Positions 39,978-49,479 of a stretch of DNA of 64,000 bases are shown here, piece by piece. The position numbers were made by a program, and so were the translations under genes. Below the pieces are notes generated by a model. The model had not been told where the DNA came from and made no database searches. It saw only the letters and a list, made by a program, of their open reading frames with translations. Origin of the DNA: Eubacteriales bacterium (GTDB taxonomy: Bacteria; Bacillota; Clostridia; Oscillospirales; UBA644); assembly GCA_045637625.1 (NCBI GenBank), contig JAZTZU010000064.1, positions 1,081 to 65,080 of the forward strand, given 5' to 3'. How positions within the stretch are numbered: the first letter of the stretch is position 1; every line of letters starts with the position of its first letter.

Positions 39978-41981
39978 ATGTACAGAATTTTTGAATTGAA
40001 TCCTCAGCTTATACCTTTTGAAAAAGATATAGACCTTCGTATGGAGCTTTATCTTAAGACTAAAAAGCGTCTTTTGGCTACAGGTCAGACTCTTAAAGAC
40101 TTTGCCAATGCTCATAATTATTATGGCTTTCACCATGTTGAAGGTGGTTGGTACTATCGCGAATGGGCTCCAATGGCTCAAAAACTTTACCTTGAAGGTG
40201 AATTCAATGGCTGGAACAAAACTTCTCATCCTTTGAAAAAGCTTGAAAACGGAAACTGGGAGATTTTTCTTGACGGTGACGAAGCTCTTTGGGACGGTTG
40301 TAAAGTTAAGGTCGTTGTCGACACGAAATTTGAACGTACCGAACGTTTCCCGCTTTATACAAAAAGGGTAGTCCGAGACCCCGTTTCCTTGGTTTTTGAT
40401 TCTGTCGTTGTGGATAACTTCAAGACTTTTAATTGGACAGATGAAAATTTTAAGGGTGAAAATGAACTTTATATTTACGAAGCTCATGTCGGTATGGCTC
40501 AGGAAGATGCCCGCATCGGTACATATCGCGAGTTTGCAGACAATGTCCTGCCAAAAATCAGACAAGCAGGGTATAATACAGTTCAGCTTATGGCTATCAT
40601 GGAGCATCCTTATTACGGCTCTTTCGGTTATCAGGTTTCAAATTTCTATGCTGCTTCAAGTTGGTTCGGAGTTCCTGAGGATCTTAAGTATCTTGTAAAC
40701 AAGGCTCATGAAATGGGTATCCGCGTACTTCTTGATGTAGTTCATTCCCATGCCGTGAAAAATACCGCAGAGGGAATCAATATGTTCGACGGAACCGTTT
40801 GGCAGTTTTTCCACGACGGTGAAAAAGGTGAGCATCCTGCATGGGGAACAAAATGTTTTGATTACGGTAATGACGGAGTCCTTCATTTCCTGCTCTCAAA
40901 TTTGAAATTCTGGATGGAAGAGTATCATTTCGACGGGTTCCGTTTTGACGGGGTAACTTCAATGCTTTATCACGATCATGGGCTCGGAACAGATTTCAAC
41001 AGCAACGATAAATATTTTTCATTAAATACTCATACAGAAGCAATTACATATTTACAGCTTGCAAATGAGCTTATCCGTCAGGTAAACCCCTCAGCCGTTA
41101 CAATTGCTGAAGATATGTCGGGTATGCCCGGCATGGGTCTTCCAATTGAAGATGGCGGACTCGGTTTTGACTACCGTCTCGGAATGGGACTTCCGGATCT
41201 TTGGATAAAAACGGTCAAGGAACTTAAAGACGAGGATTGGAATATTTTTAAAATCTGGTGCGACATGTGTCTTCGTCGTCCCGGAGAAAAGACAATCGCT
41301 TATGTCGAATCTCACGACCAAGCTCTTGTCGGGGATAAAACAATGATTTTCCGCCTTGCAGATGCTGCAATGTATACAGATATGGAAAAATCGACCCATA
41401 ATATGATCATCGACCGTGCTGTTGCTCTTCATAAGATGATTCGACTTCTCACACTCGGCGGTGGTGGGGAAGGTTATCTGAATTTTATGGGTAATGAATT
41501 CGGACATCCCGAATGGATAGATTTCCCCCGAGAAGGCAACGGTTGGAGTTATCATTATTGTCGCCGTCAGTGGAGTCTGAAAGAGAACGGGCTGTTGAAA
41601 TATCAATGGCTTTCCGATTTCGATGAAGAAATGATTTCTCTTGCGAAAAATAATGATCTTTTTACTCAGCAAATGGCAGACTTGATGTTTAATATGGAAA
41701 GAGAACAGATTCTTGTGTTCTACCGTCACGGGTTTCTCTTTGCGTTTAATTTCAACCCCGACCAATCAATGGCAAATATCCTCATTCCCGTTCATCAGCC
41801 GGGCGAATATACTGTTGTTTTGTCCACAGATGACGAAAAGTTTGGTGGTTGGGACAGAATTGAACATATGACCTACCCAACAAAGAAGTTTGATGGAGTT
41901 AACTATGTTGAACTTTATCTTCCTGCAAGAACTGCAGTAGTTCTCAAGGAACTTGTAATTCTCCCCTCGGAAGAGAAATAA
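39978..41981 (+). CDS. glgB: 1,4-alpha-glucan branching enzyme (GH13)
   Basis: REWAP, IYEAHVG, DVVHSHA, FDGFRFDGVTSM, IAEDMSG, ESHDQ. Confidence 0.93.
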   Translation: MYRIFELNPQLIPFEKDIDLRMELYLKTKKRLLATGQTLKDFANAHNYYGFHHVEGGWYYREWAPMAQKLYLEGEFNGWNKTSHPLKKLENGNWEIFLDGDEALWDGCKVKVVVDTKFERTERFPLYTKRVVRDPVSLVFDSVVVDNFKTFNWTDENFKGENELYIYEAHVGMAQEDARIGTYREFADNVLPKIRQAGYNTVQLMAIMEHPYYGSFGYQVSNFYAASSWFGVPEDLKYLVNKAHEMGIRVLLDVVHSHAVKNTAEGINMFDGTVWQFFHDGEKGEHPAWGTKCFDYGNDGVLHFLLSNLKFWMEEYHFDGFRFDGVTSMLYHDHGLGTDFNSNDKYFSLNTHTEAITYLQLANELIRQVNPSAVTIAEDMSGMPGMGLPIEDGGLGFDYRLGMGLPDLWIKTVKELKDEDWNIFKIWCDMCLRRPGEKTIAYVESHDQALVGDKTMIFRLADAAMYTDMEKSTHNMIIDRAVALHKMIRLLTLGGGGEGYLNFMGNEFGHPEWIDFPREGNGWSYHYCRRQWSLKENGLLKYQWLSDFDEEMISLAKNNDLFTQQMADLMFNMEREQILVFYRHGFLFAFNFNPDQSMANILIPVHQPGEYTVVLSTDDEKFGGWDRIEHMTYPTKKFDGVNYVELYLPARTAVVLKELVILPSEEK

Positions 41982-42020
41982 AAAGCAGTTAAAAGTAGTT
42001 TATATATTTGATTTCCTGAT

Positions 42021-42060
42021 GGTGCGTGGGTATCTTTTCATACGAAAAGATACCCACGCA
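42021..42060. terminator. Hairpin (REP-like) between convergent glgB and endolysin genes; left border of the phage-like cluster
   Basis: GG-TGCGTGGGTATCTTTTC-ATAC-GAAAAGATACCCACGCA. Confidence 0.7.
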
Positions 42061-42079
42061 AAAATTTTCTTTTAAAATA

Positions 42080-42769
42080 TTATATGTCTTCAAACATATC
42101 CGTGATATATGCTGCAACGCCTGCATTTTTCAACTTCTCCACAACTTCTGCGGCAGCTTCAAGGTTTCTGTATAACCCGATCTGAACGCAGTAAAGAGGA
42201 GTTCTTTCCACCGTTTTTATGTCAGCGTCATCCTTATTTAAGTCTGCAATAAACCTGTCGAATGGGAAATCCTTTCCGGGACAGCCTGCTTTTTGCGTCG
42301 GATTTATATCCGAATGTGCAATAATATGTTCTCTGTCCGCATTGAATTCTACTCCGTAAATTCTTTTCAGTTCGCTTATTATATGTTTCATCAGGAAGAG
42401 CCCTGATTGATATTGATCTTCTGTCAGAATTCCGGTGTCATTATTCTCAAATTCAATAGATACTGTGTAGAAATTTGCATTGGTTTTCCTTTCTCTGACT
42501 ATTGCTGATTTTGATTTTGAATAATGGTAGGGGAGAGATTTATCTTTGGAATTTGATCCGTTTGCCCATGCCATTTTTTCAATGGGAACAAAATTATAAA
42601 TCTGTCCCTCTTTGTCTACAATATAATGTGCGCTCACCTTACTCAGCGGATTTTTAAACCAGTTTATAGCACTTTTTACCGCGCCTGCCGTCTGGTGACA
42701 GCATATCATATCAGGAACCCAGCCTTGCCTTGAACTCATGTTTACAGTTGTATATTCAATTATTTTCAT
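42080..42769 (-). CDS. Endolysin: N-acetylmuramoyl-L-alanine amidase (Amidase_2) with SPOR-like C-terminal domain
   Basis: HQT, SAHY, AWANG, SIEFE, AHSDI, CPG zinc-amidase motifs; YCVQIG C-terminal domain. Confidence 0.88.
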   Translation of the reverse strand: MKIIEYTTVNMSSRQGWVPDMICCHQTAGAVKSAINWFKNPLSKVSAHYIVDKEGQIYNFVPIEKMAWANGSNSKDKSLPYHYSKSKSAIVRERKTNANFYTVSIEFENNDTGILTEDQYQSGLFLMKHIISELKRIYGVEFNADREHIIAHSDINPTQKAGCPGKDFPFDRFIADLNKDDADIKTVERTPLYCVQIGLYRNLEAAAEVVEKLKNAGVAAYITDMFEDI

Positions 42770-43190
42770 TGTTATTCCTCTTTGATTCTATTTTTGTTTT
42801 TTCCGCTTCGTCGTTGACCTTTTTCAGAAAACCCGTGAGTACTGACGGTACAGGGATTCCGATTTCAACTGCGTTTTCCACAATTGAAAGACCTTCGTTT
42901 GAAAGATAGAAGAATATCACCGCAGTTCTCAGTACCTGCCCCGACCCAACCATGTGTACATCCAGAAGGTTTGCCATTCCGACGAAAATAAAAATCAGCA
43001 TTTTTTTCATCAACCCTTTGAATCCGATTTCGGAACAGAGCTCTTTTTTCAGGATTGCGGCCGTTACCCCTGTCAGATAGTCAATTACTGAAAAAATACA
43101 GAGAACTATCAGCAACCCGTCAAGCTTCCCGAAATAGAATCCAAGAACAGCGCCTATCACCGCAAAGGTGCTGTCAAAAAATGTCTTCAT
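42756..43190 (-). CDS. Phage holin (holin family 4)
   Basis: DYLTGV..A, SEIGFKG, YLSNEGLSIVEN, GIPVP. Confidence 0.9.
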   Translation of the reverse strand: MKTFFDSTFAVIGAVLGFYFGKLDGLLIVLCIFSVIDYLTGVTAAILKKELCSEIGFKGLMKKMLIFIFVGMANLLDVHMVGSGQVLRTAVIFFYLSNEGLSIVENAVEIGIPVPSVLTGFLKKVNDEAEKTKIESKRNNNENN

Positions 43191-43211
43191 TTCTTTTGCT
43201 TCTCCTTTCTG

Positions 43212-44567
43212 TTATATTCCCGATACTTCCGTTACATTTCCGCTTTCGTCTGTCAAGGATACAAGATTTCCCGATTCGTCGAAACCGTATCTGTAAGAGC
43301 AAACAGTATCGTTTTCAAGTGTATATGAAACTCCGTTTTCGGTGAAATCCACTTTTTTCAAAGCCAAAAGCTTTTCGTGTACCGAGTGAATAGTTACTTT
43401 TTTCGCCGTTTTTTCCAGAGTTATATTTTTTCCTGCGAGAATGTCGTCAACGCTCATTCCTCCGTTAGACTTGGATCCTGCCCCTTGAACATCCCCGTCG
43501 TTTTTGTTTACCAACTGCCCGAACTGTTCTTTCCAGCCGTCAGGCGGTCTGTATCCGATCTCCGCTCCGCTGCTGTACCGGGCGGTTATTTCATAAACGA
43601 ATTCCCCGTTTTTCAAGCTTTTTCCGTAAATTTCCGTGATTATAAAGTCGGAAAAATCTTCGAATCCATAGTTTTTTGCCCTTACTCTGATTTTTTGAAA
43701 AAGCTCCAAACTATTGCGGCTTATTGAAAAATTCAATGTTACAGAATCATTTTCGTATGATCTTAGAATGTTCGCGGCGGCTTCAGCTGCTGAAGCTTCC
43801 GTCAGAATATTTCTGTTTACCGTAACGTTGGCATATTCTCCCGAACCACCGAATTCTGCCATTCTTGCAATCTCTTCTTCGTTTCTTGCCTCTCCCCGTA
43901 CATCGTTTTTTCCGAAAACTACCTGTACGTTTCTGTAGTCAGCAGCCTTTCCCACAAATTTTAATCCGGAAATATTTTTCACTTTATTTTCGCTGTCACC
44001 GTCAAGGTCTATGCAAAATCCACATTCTGTTACAGGTATGTTTTGTTTGAAGCAGAATTTTTTGTCGGAGGTCACCCACCACTTCTTTCCCGAAGCCTGC
44101 GCAAGGTCATCGAACAGCTTTGAAAGTTTTGCTCCCGCAGAAGAGTATGAGTCAATGATTTCCCCATCAAATTCAAAGTTGTCTTCGACATACTGAAATC
44201 CTTCTTCGCTTACAAGATATTCCAAAAATATCTCTTTTGCAACCTGACCTGCAGTCATATTTTCAAAAGAAAGTCCTCTGCTTACTTTTCTTGCGGCAAC
44301 CGACTCATATCCCTTGCATTTAACAGTCACGGTGCTTCTGAATTCCGATCTTCTGGTTTCTTTCGTTTCAGAGATTATTCCTCCCCATACTTTTTTCCCG
44401 TCAATGAACATTTCCGCCTCCATTCCCGTCCGTATTTCTGTTTCATTTGGGAAGGATTCTTCCATGGAAAATGCGATTTCAGTCAAAAATGTTCCGTACC
44501 TTGACCATCTGACAGAATCGGCTGCCACCTTTTTTGTTACATCAGTATGATTTACCGTGATCGTCAT
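43212..44567 (-). CDS. Putative tail tip / baseplate hub protein
   Basis: Position before the holin; 'KVWGGII', 'FDDLAQASGKKWWV' and 'YRNVQVV' resemble tail hub proteins. Confidence 0.5.
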   Translation of the reverse strand: MTITVNHTDVTKKVAADSVRWSRYGTFLTEIAFSMEESFPNETEIRTGMEAEMFIDGKKVWGGIISETKETRRSEFRSTVTVKCKGYESVAARKVSRGLSFENMTAGQVAKEIFLEYLVSEEGFQYVEDNFEFDGEIIDSYSSAGAKLSKLFDDLAQASGKKWWVTSDKKFCFKQNIPVTECGFCIDLDGDSENKVKNISGLKFVGKAADYRNVQVVFGKNDVRGEARNEEEIARMAEFGGSGEYANVTVNRNILTEASAAEAAANILRSYENDSVTLNFSISRNSLELFQKIRVRAKNYGFEDFSDFIITEIYGKSLKNGEFVYEITARYSSGAEIGYRPPDGWKEQFGQLVNKNDGDVQGAGSKSNGGMSVDDILAGKNITLEKTAKKVTIHSVHEKLLALKKVDFTENGVSYTLENDTVCSYRYGFDESGNLVSLTDESGNVTEVSGI

Positions 44568-44570
44568 CTT

Positions 44571-45035
44571 TTAGCCCTCCGTAATTTCAAATTCACCCTC
44601 AGTTCCTGCTCCGTTTATGTAAATATCACATTCAAACTCTGAAAAATAATCGTCTTCGGGAGCTCCTTCCGCGGAAGATCTCTTCATTACCACTACTACA
44701 GGAACGAGAATCCCGTCACAAACTCCGTTATCTAAAGAATTTCTGTCAAAAAGGATCGCTTCCGTCTCGCAGTCTTTGCCTGTTTTTCCGTAAAGATCGC
44801 AGATGAATTTGTTTGCCCTATCGTCTGAAACTTCCGTTCCGTTGATCCTTAAAAATTTCCTTACCCCCAAAACTTCTGTTTGCGCAAAATCATTACCTAC
44901 GAAAAATGTACTCATGGTATATGGCTCTGAAATTTTTCGTATTCGTTTTATGCCTTTTTTCAGCGGAACAAACTGTCCGTCTGCTTTCAGGCAAATTCCA
45001 ATATCTTGGCTTAAGTTAAGCTTCAATAAATCCAC
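44571..45035 (-). CDS. Putative tail tube protein
   Basis: 154 aa, position after head-tail genes, C-terminal FECDIYING.G. Confidence 0.5.
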   Translation of the reverse strand: MDLLKLNLSQDIGICLKADGQFVPLKKGIKRIRKISEPYTMSTFFVGNDFAQTEVLGVRKFLRINGTEVSDDRANKFICDLYGKTGKDCETEAILFDRNSLDNGVCDGILVPVVVVMKRSSAEGAPEDDYFSEFECDIYINGAGTEGEFEITEG

Positions 45036-45040
45036 CTCTT

Positions 45041-45460
45041 TTATTCTTCTATATACATCAGTTGGAATACTGCGCTGTATTCCTCTTCACCGCCTGTGCA
45101 TCTGACCGACATTGTAGGAAAATCCGTCCTGAAAGCTCTGATGAAAATCCTGCCTTCTCCCAGATCCATTTCCGTTGTCTTTTCCAATATTCTTGCCAGC
45201 TGTTCCAGCATCCCCAAAGTTTTCATTCTTGACGCAGAATCGTTTCCCGAAGTCCTGTAGGAAATCTCAAAATTCTGCCTTACGGAAACCGTCCCATCCA
45301 GCCACTCCGTGCGGCGACTCCCGTTGTTTATCATTTTTAAAGAAGCTGTTCCGCACTTTTTTTCAAGTCTTTCACAGCCAATATCCGGCATATGTTCAAT
45401 TCCTCTGAAGAAATTCAACAAGTATGCTGAAAGCGGTTTATAATTTGAATTTAAGTTCAT
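45041..45460 (-). CDS. Putative tail terminator / A118-type minor structural protein
   Basis: Size, position, 'WLDGTVSVRQNFEI' and terminal 'YSAVFQLMY'. Confidence 0.5.
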   Translation of the reverse strand: MNLNSNYKPLSAYLLNFFRGIEHMPDIGCERLEKKCGTASLKMINNGSRRTEWLDGTVSVRQNFEISYRTSGNDSASRMKTLGMLEQLARILEKTTEMDLGEGRIFIRAFRTDFPTMSVRCTGGEEEYSAVFQLMYIEE

Positions 45461-45476
45461 CCTATCCTCCGTTCCG

Positions 45477-45941
45477 TTAGTCTGAATCCACGCTTCTGCC
45501 TCTTCCGGTAATTTCCAAGAGAGTAACTTTCCCGAAACTTCTGCATGGAATTACAGAGTTCACATAGTAGATCTCACGTTCTTTTTTTATTTCGTCGAGA
45601 TCCGGAATCTCATCGGCTTCAAAAGTACCGTAGGTTACAAGGTCGTGTTCCGTTACAGTCCAAAAGAATTTACGTTCTTCAATAGGCAGATTTTCCCATG
45701 TCGCAGGCGAAGTGTAGTCCAACTCGTTTCCGTCTCTGTCTTTAGCCTTGCTGATTTTTGTTCTGAAATAAAGCTTGAATCCATCGTATGGTTTTAAGCC
45801 CCTGTTTGATGCATAAATGCTGTCCCTGTTTTCAAATCTTACATTTTCAAGGATGAAAAACTCATACAAAGCTTTTCCCTCAGAATTTTCGCCTTTTTTG
45901 CGGCAGACGGTAACATTGTCATTTAAAAGTCTGTTGCTCAT
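45477..45941 (-). CDS. Putative head closure (stopper) protein
   Basis: Position, 'WTVTEHDLV', terminal 'LEITG'. Confidence 0.45.
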   Translation of the reverse strand: MSNRLLNDNVTVCRKKGENSEGKALYEFFILENVRFENRDSIYASNRGLKPYDGFKLYFRTKISKAKDRDGNELDYTSPATWENLPIEERKFFWTVTEHDLVTYGTFEADEIPDLDEIKKEREIYYVNSVIPCRSFGKVTLLEITGRGRSVDSD

Positions 45942-45951
45942 ACTTTTTCAC

Positions 45952-46104
45952 CTATGACCTGTCAAAAATCCCCGCGTTGATAAGCTCTTCAGCAATTGCT
46001 TTTCCGAGTATTTCGGCGATTTTATCCGTGTCCCTTTCTCTGTCGAATTCATTCTGTTCGTCGCTGAATATCCAGTTCAGCTCTTTTTTGATCTCTTCAT
46101 CCAT
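45952..46104 (-). CDS. Unannotated 50-aa acidic protein within the phage-like operon
   Basis: AGGAGG RBS; MDEEIKKELNWIFSDEQNEFDRERDTDKIAEILGKAIAEELINAGIFDRS*; fills the gap between flanking genes. Confidence 0.7.
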   Translation of the reverse strand: MDEEIKKELNWIFSDEQNEFDRERDTDKIAEILGKAIAEELINAGIFDRS

Positions 46105-46118
46105 TTCCTTTGAACCTC

Positions 46119-46526
46119 CTAAATTCCTCTGTAAAGCAGGCCTGCATTGTTCAGGATCCCCAATACCATTCCGGATACAGGTATTCCGAAAAATTCCTTC
46201 ATGGGTTTTCGGCTTATGTCATAACTTACTGCACCGTTCCCAAGCTCTTCCCTTGATATCTCAGATACAGGTCTTCCGGTATATGAGCTGTCTCCGTTGA
46301 CCGCAAAAATTTCAGTCTGTGCCGCAGTTGCTTTTTTTACCGCATCAAATCTTTTTACCCAGCGGAAATCTGAAGGGTTCATGTTCTCCATTACCGATTC
46401 TGCTCTTCCGAATGTTATGAAGTTTACAATATCCGAAGCTCTTGCTGCGAGTCTTTCAAAATCATCTTCGCTTATTTCTGCTCCGAAGTAGAAATTATCA
46501 TAATAATCCTTATCTATAAAAATCAT
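46119..46526 (-). CDS. Head-tail connector (adaptor) protein
   Basis: YY...Y/F.G, F..LA.RAS..V...T, KKATAAQ, terminal GLLYRGI. Confidence 0.7.
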   Translation of the reverse strand: MIFIDKDYYDNFYFGAEISEDDFERLAARASDIVNFITFGRAESVMENMNPSDFRWVKRFDAVKKATAAQTEIFAVNGDSSYTGRPVSEISREELGNGAVSYDISRKPMKEFFGIPVSGMVLGILNNAGLLYRGI

Positions 46527-46547
46527 ACTCTGTTCCTTTCTTTAAGG

Positions 46548-46580
46548 AGAGTTCCTGTGCTAAGACAGGAACTCTTTTTT
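46548..46580. terminator. Hairpin directly downstream of the capsid gene
   Basis: AGAGTTCCTGT-GCTAAG-ACAGGAACTCT; T-run on the plus strand only. Confidence 0.55.
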
Positions 46581-46586
46581 GTTGAA

Positions 46587-47684
46587 TCATTCTCCGAGAA
46601 CTCGTACCGCAAGTTCAGGATAAAGTGTCTTGAAGCCGTAAAGTGTATCCACGGACATAGTCTGCTTTTTAGTAGCCATGTCATATCCGAAAGTCACCCT
46701 GAGAGTTATGCCGTTATAGCTTGTCACATAGCTTTCAGCACCTCTTGCTTTTTCCAAAGGTCTTGAAATGAATCCGAATGCGTTCTTATGGAAAGCAAGG
46801 TTTGCAGTATGGGAATCAATCAATGCAACTTCTGTACCTGCGGCAAAACCGTTCGCAGGGACTGCTGGATAAATATCAACATTCATTACGCCGCCTTCTG
46901 CTGTTGTGTCATTTTTTACTGTATATGTTTTGCCTTCTATCGTAAGAAGGTCACCTTTAACAAGAGAACCGGAGTCACAGCTTACCGCAATTTTCTTGTC
47001 TCCTTCAAAAGCTTCTGTTTTTACTGTAAGTGAACCGCTTGCAGAACCCTTTGAATGTTTGCAGATCTGATGGGAAGTGTAGTTTTCAAAACCGATTATC
47101 TTGCCGATAGAACCGTTTCTCAGCGCTTTTGTTGTTCCGCATTTTTCTGCGTTTACAATGTTTGTGTCACTCTGGAATTCCGCAAGTGCTGCGCTGTTCC
47201 AGATACAGGATCTGTCTGTGAGCGGTGCTTTGTTTTCGTTGAGCACCTTTGCTGCCTGTGCGAACGCGCCAATACCGGAAGGTGTCGTGCCTGCTTCTCC
47301 GCAAATATAGGGAATATCTTTATAAAGAGCGAGACCGTCCTTGTTTATCTTTTCTGCAATAGCTACTGCTGCAGGTTCAAGAACCTGTTTTGTGAAGTCG
47401 GAAAGGTTCAACGCCATTTCCTTTGCTGTAAGCTCAACGGAAACGTCCGCAATTCTGTCGAGAGTTACGAGCACGCTTTCTTCGGTTACGTCCTGAAGAT
47501 TGATTTCGCCTTCAAATTCGTCGGCTGTGTACATGGGCGGTTTTCTGACCTGTACTACATCACCTTTTTTGTTGTATTCGCTGGTACTGTTTCTGTATGT
47601 AAGTGCGGGGAATACGAGGTTTTCGTGAAGAATGGGGAGTGCAGCTCTTGCGATCTCCTGTACTGTAAGAAATTTGTTGTTCAT
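46587..47684 (-). CDS. Major capsid protein (P22 coat-like family)
   Basis: FLTVQEIARAAL, KGDVVQVRKP, LEPAAVAIAEKI, NLAFHKNAF, DTLYGFKTL.PELAVR. Confidence 0.8.
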   Translation of the reverse strand: MNNKFLTVQEIARAALPILHENLVFPALTYRNSTSEYNKKGDVVQVRKPPMYTADEFEGEINLQDVTEESVLVTLDRIADVSVELTAKEMALNLSDFTKQVLEPAAVAIAEKINKDGLALYKDIPYICGEAGTTPSGIGAFAQAAKVLNENKAPLTDRSCIWNSAALAEFQSDTNIVNAEKCGTTKALRNGSIGKIIGFENYTSHQICKHSKGSASGSLTVKTEAFEGDKKIAVSCDSGSLVKGDLLTIEGKTYTVKNDTTAEGGVMNVDIYPAVPANGFAAGTEVALIDSHTANLAFHKNAFGFISRPLEKARGAESYVTSYNGITLRVTFGYDMATKKQTMSVDTLYGFKTLYPELAVRVLGE

Positions 47685-47700
47685 ATTTTTTATCTCCTTT

Positions 47701-48066
47701 TTATTTCATAATTTTTTTGTAGTATTCATCATCACTCAGGGAACTTGCGTCGGAAAGATCTCCGAAACCGAAATTCATTCCTGAAGAATAAAGTTTTGTA
47801 TCTGATTTTGTGTTTTCAAAAAGCCATGAGTTTTCCTCTTTAAGTTTTGCTATGTTTTTACTCAAGGATTCCTTGTCTATTCCGTTTTCAGTCAGGATTC
47901 CGTCCTTGTCAAGCATTACTTTTGCCGCTGCCATATTTTTGGGTCGCGCAAGGGCTATCTCTGTGTTTATTTCCGATTCTGCCCTTGTTCTGAAGAGTTC
48001 CTTTTCAAGCTCTTTGACTTGCTTTTTGAGAGTTTCGACCTCTGTTGTTTCGTTCATGTTTTCCAT
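47701..48066 (-). CDS. Capsid scaffolding protein (GP20-like, short)
   Basis: Coiled-coil N-terminus, 'KNMAAAK..LD', 'LKEENSWLF'; located before the capsid gene. Confidence 0.65.
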   Translation of the reverse strand: MENMNETTEVETLKKQVKELEKELFRTRAESEINTEIALARPKNMAAAKVMLDKDGILTENGIDKESLSKNIAKLKEENSWLFENTKSDTKLYSSGMNFGFGDLSDASSLSDDEYYKKIMK

Positions 48067-48068
48067 TT

Positions 48069-49475
48069 TTATTTCCTTTCTGTTTTTGACTTTGCGGTCT
48101 CCTCGTCTTCGCCAAAATGCTTCATTCTGAATTCGTAAGGCATCAGAATTCCTTCTTTTACAAGTTCGAGGTCCGTCTTTTGTCTGCTCTGTTTGTCTTC
48201 GATAATACTGTCATCGAAGACTACCGATATTCCCGGTTCTTCCGGAATGTCCAATCCTATAATTTCTCTGCCGATATACATCAGCGTTTTTACTAATGTG
48301 ATCAGCGCGCTTTCAAGCAGTATTTCATGCTTTTTCAAAGACCTGAACATTTCCGAGTTCTCGCTTATCACCTGCGTTGCTGTTACGGCGTTTCCCTTTT
48401 CAAAACCGTAGGATCTTTCGCTGAGACCGCATTTTGCTGCCAGATATCTCATCTGGTCTTTAAGTGCTTCCGTGTGTGCGGAAACTCTCAGTTCCGGATT
48501 GAATTCCTGGGGTATCATATCTCCGTCAAGATTTTTGTCTCCCACATACATGAACAGCTGTCTGTTGCAGTCCTGCGGTGCGAAGAAATTTCCGTGACTG
48601 TCCTGTTCCAACAGGTCTTTTCTTAGGAATACCATCTTTTTGCCAAGATAAAATTCCATATTCAGACTGTCGTAGCACAGGTCTATTCCTTTCAGAATAT
48701 CTGTTGCTGCCGCAAATATCGACATTCCCATAGGGGATTCCGGAGTTGCTGTATTTACTGTGTTTGGTTTTATCAGAACAAACCAGGGTTTACTGCTTCC
48801 CGTTCTCACTATCGGTGCAATATTTTCAGGGAGAGATATCTCTTCGAGACTCTGCGCATTGTACATTTTGCTTCGAATTACATATCCGTCATTCTCAAGG
48901 ATGTGACTCTGAACATAGACAAGCTCTTCTCCGCAAACAGTCATACAACCTGCAAAAGCTATGTCCATGACTTTTCCGTTTCTGTGCGATATCGGGAAAA
49001 TATTCTCAGCACCCACGTATTCAAAGGCGATTTCGCCTTTCGGGGATTTTTTCAGCTTGCCGTCCTCATCTATTTCAGCATTTTCAATGTTTACAGTAAT
49101 AGCCCCTGTACCCAGCGCGAATGCTTTTTCAATAAGTCTGTTCGTTTCAGCCCTGAAATTGTTTTTTCCGAAGACGCCTCCATAGCCATCCTTGCCTTGA
49201 AGAAAATCCATTGCAGTGCTGTCGTTTACTGTTATATACGTCTTTTCGTTGAACAGCAGATCCGCCCAATCTTCCGCCACTTTTTTTGCCATTTTCAGTT
49301 TGAACATCGGCCTCTTTACTACTTCTATTCCGTTGTTGATTTCCACCGTATGGAACTCATCGTCCTTTCCGCAGTACCAGTCATTCCACATTTTTATGTG
49401 AAACCTCATTTCGTTTTCGCAAAAGCGGTCTCCAATCGCTTTTTTTACCGCTTCTTCAAGATAATTTCCAATCAT
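48069..49475 (-). CDS. Portal protein (SPP1/A118 type)
   Basis: W..WY.G, MAKKVAEDWADLLFNE, GMSIF, TATQVISENS, FDDSIIED. Confidence 0.88.
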   Translation of the reverse strand: MIGNYLEEAVKKAIGDRFCENEMRFHIKMWNDWYCGKDDEFHTVEINNGIEVVKRPMFKLKMAKKVAEDWADLLFNEKTYITVNDSTAMDFLQGKDGYGGVFGKNNFRAETNRLIEKAFALGTGAITVNIENAEIDEDGKLKKSPKGEIAFEYVGAENIFPISHRNGKVMDIAFAGCMTVCGEELVYVQSHILENDGYVIRSKMYNAQSLEEISLPENIAPIVRTGSSKPWFVLIKPNTVNTATPESPMGMSIFAAATDILKGIDLCYDSLNMEFYLGKKMVFLRKDLLEQDSHGNFFAPQDCNRQLFMYVGDKNLDGDMIPQEFNPELRVSAHTEALKDQMRYLAAKCGLSERSYGFEKGNAVTATQVISENSEMFRSLKKHEILLESALITLVKTLMYIGREIIGLDIPEEPGISVVFDDSIIEDKQSRQKTDLELVKEGILMPYEFRMKHFGEDEETAKSKTERK

Positions 49476-49479
49476 TTTT

